32,000 nucleotides of DNA from Candidatus Saccharimonadota bacterium (GTDB lineage Bacteria; Pseudomonadota; Gammaproteobacteria; Enterobacterales; Enterobacteriaceae): positions 390,001-422,000 of the forward strand of contig CP145872.1 in NCBI GenBank assembly GCA_041941795.1, written 5' to 3'. A program made the position numbers and the translations under genes. The notes beneath the pieces were generated by a model. That model ran no database searches. It was not told the DNA's origin and saw only the letters and a list, made by a program, of their open reading frames with translations. This document shows, piece by piece, positions 31,476 to 32,000 of this stretch. The stretch's first letter is position 1. Every line of letters starts with the position of its first letter.

Positions 31476-32000
31476 ATGGGTCATAAAACACATCCGAATG
31501 GTCTTAGACTAGGAATTATTACAACTTGGATATCAACATGGTATGCAAATACTAAAGAATTTGCGGCCAATTTAGAAAGTGATTATAAAATTCGTCAATT
31601 TCTCATTAAAAGACTATCCAAAGCTTATATTTCTCGTATTGTTATTGAACGTCCTGCTAAAAGCATTCGAATAACTCTACATTCAGCACGTCCAGGCATT
31701 GTAATAGGAAAAAAAGGAGAAGAGATTGAAAAATTACGTAAACAAGTAGCTAATATTACGGAAAGGCCAACGCAAATAAATATACATGAAATAAAAAAAC
31801 CAGAATTAGATGCTAAGTTAGTGGCCGATAGCATCGCATCTCAATTAGAACGACGTATAATGTTTCGTCGAGCAATGAAACGTGCGGTACAAAATGCAAT
31901 GCGAGCAGGTGCGAAAGGAATAAAAGTAGAAATAAGTGGGAGACTAGGAGGAACTGAAATAGCTCGAACCGAATGGTCTCGAGAAGGCCGAGTACCATTA
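31476..32000 (+). CDS. rpsC: 30S ribosomal protein S3, N-terminal 175 codons (3' end outside window)
   Basis: Not in the ORF track because there is no stop within the window. ATG at 31476: [14 protein letters not shown]...[36 protein letters not shown]...[51 protein letters not shown] is colinear with E. coli S3. Confidence 0.97.
   Translation, partial: MGHKTHPNGLRLGIITTWISTWYANTKEFAANLESDYKIRQFLIKRLSKAYISRIVIERPAKSIRITLHSARPGIVIGKKGEEIEKLRKQVANITERPTQINIHEIKKPELDAKLVADSIASQLERRIMFRRAMKRAVQNAMRAGAKGIKVEISGRLGGTEIARTEWSREGRVPL

Overview
This is a strongly AT-rich, gene-dense chromosomal segment. It looks like a reduced-genome gammaproteobacterial (Enterobacterales-like) obligate insect endosymbiont, but I cannot name the species from the sequence alone. 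Every long ORF is a recognisable housekeeping gene. In order they are: ruvC (3' part), ruvA, ruvB; talA; glyQ-glyS; groES-groEL; aspA; degP; erpA; mrcB; dksA; yadG-yadH; lpdA; crp. The str operon (rpsL-rpsG-fusA-tuf) then runs almost directly into the S10 operon (rpsJ-rplC-rplD-rplW-rplB-rpsS-rplV-rpsC, 3' end outside the window). The three apparently empty stretches are decayed gene relics that I could align by hand to E. coli proteins: znuB/znuC (about 2.0-3.1 kb, minus strand), dapE (4.39-4.83 kb) and speE/speD (about 18.9-20.8 kb). Local gene order follows E. coli K-12 blocks (recalled from memory) with large deletions, and the relics sit at or near block junctions. Supported regulatory signals are a sigma-32 type heat-shock promoter upstream of groES, a consensus sigma-70 promoter upstream of rpsL, and a clean rho-independent terminator after groEL. 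I saw no tRNA, rRNA, CRISPR array, transposase/IS, phage, toxin-antitoxin or defence gene. I did not find a convincing previously undescribed system, and this reads as ordinary core genome undergoing reductive evolution. The observations most worth a second look are: (1) an intact crp whose cAMP-contact residues appear substituted while the DNA-binding head is preserved; (2) loss of dapE next to an intact PBP1B gene; (3) the lesion pattern in speD/speE; (4) an 18-bp perfect inverted repeat pair just downstream of crp. All alignments were done by eye against remembered E. coli sequences and should be confirmed computationally.
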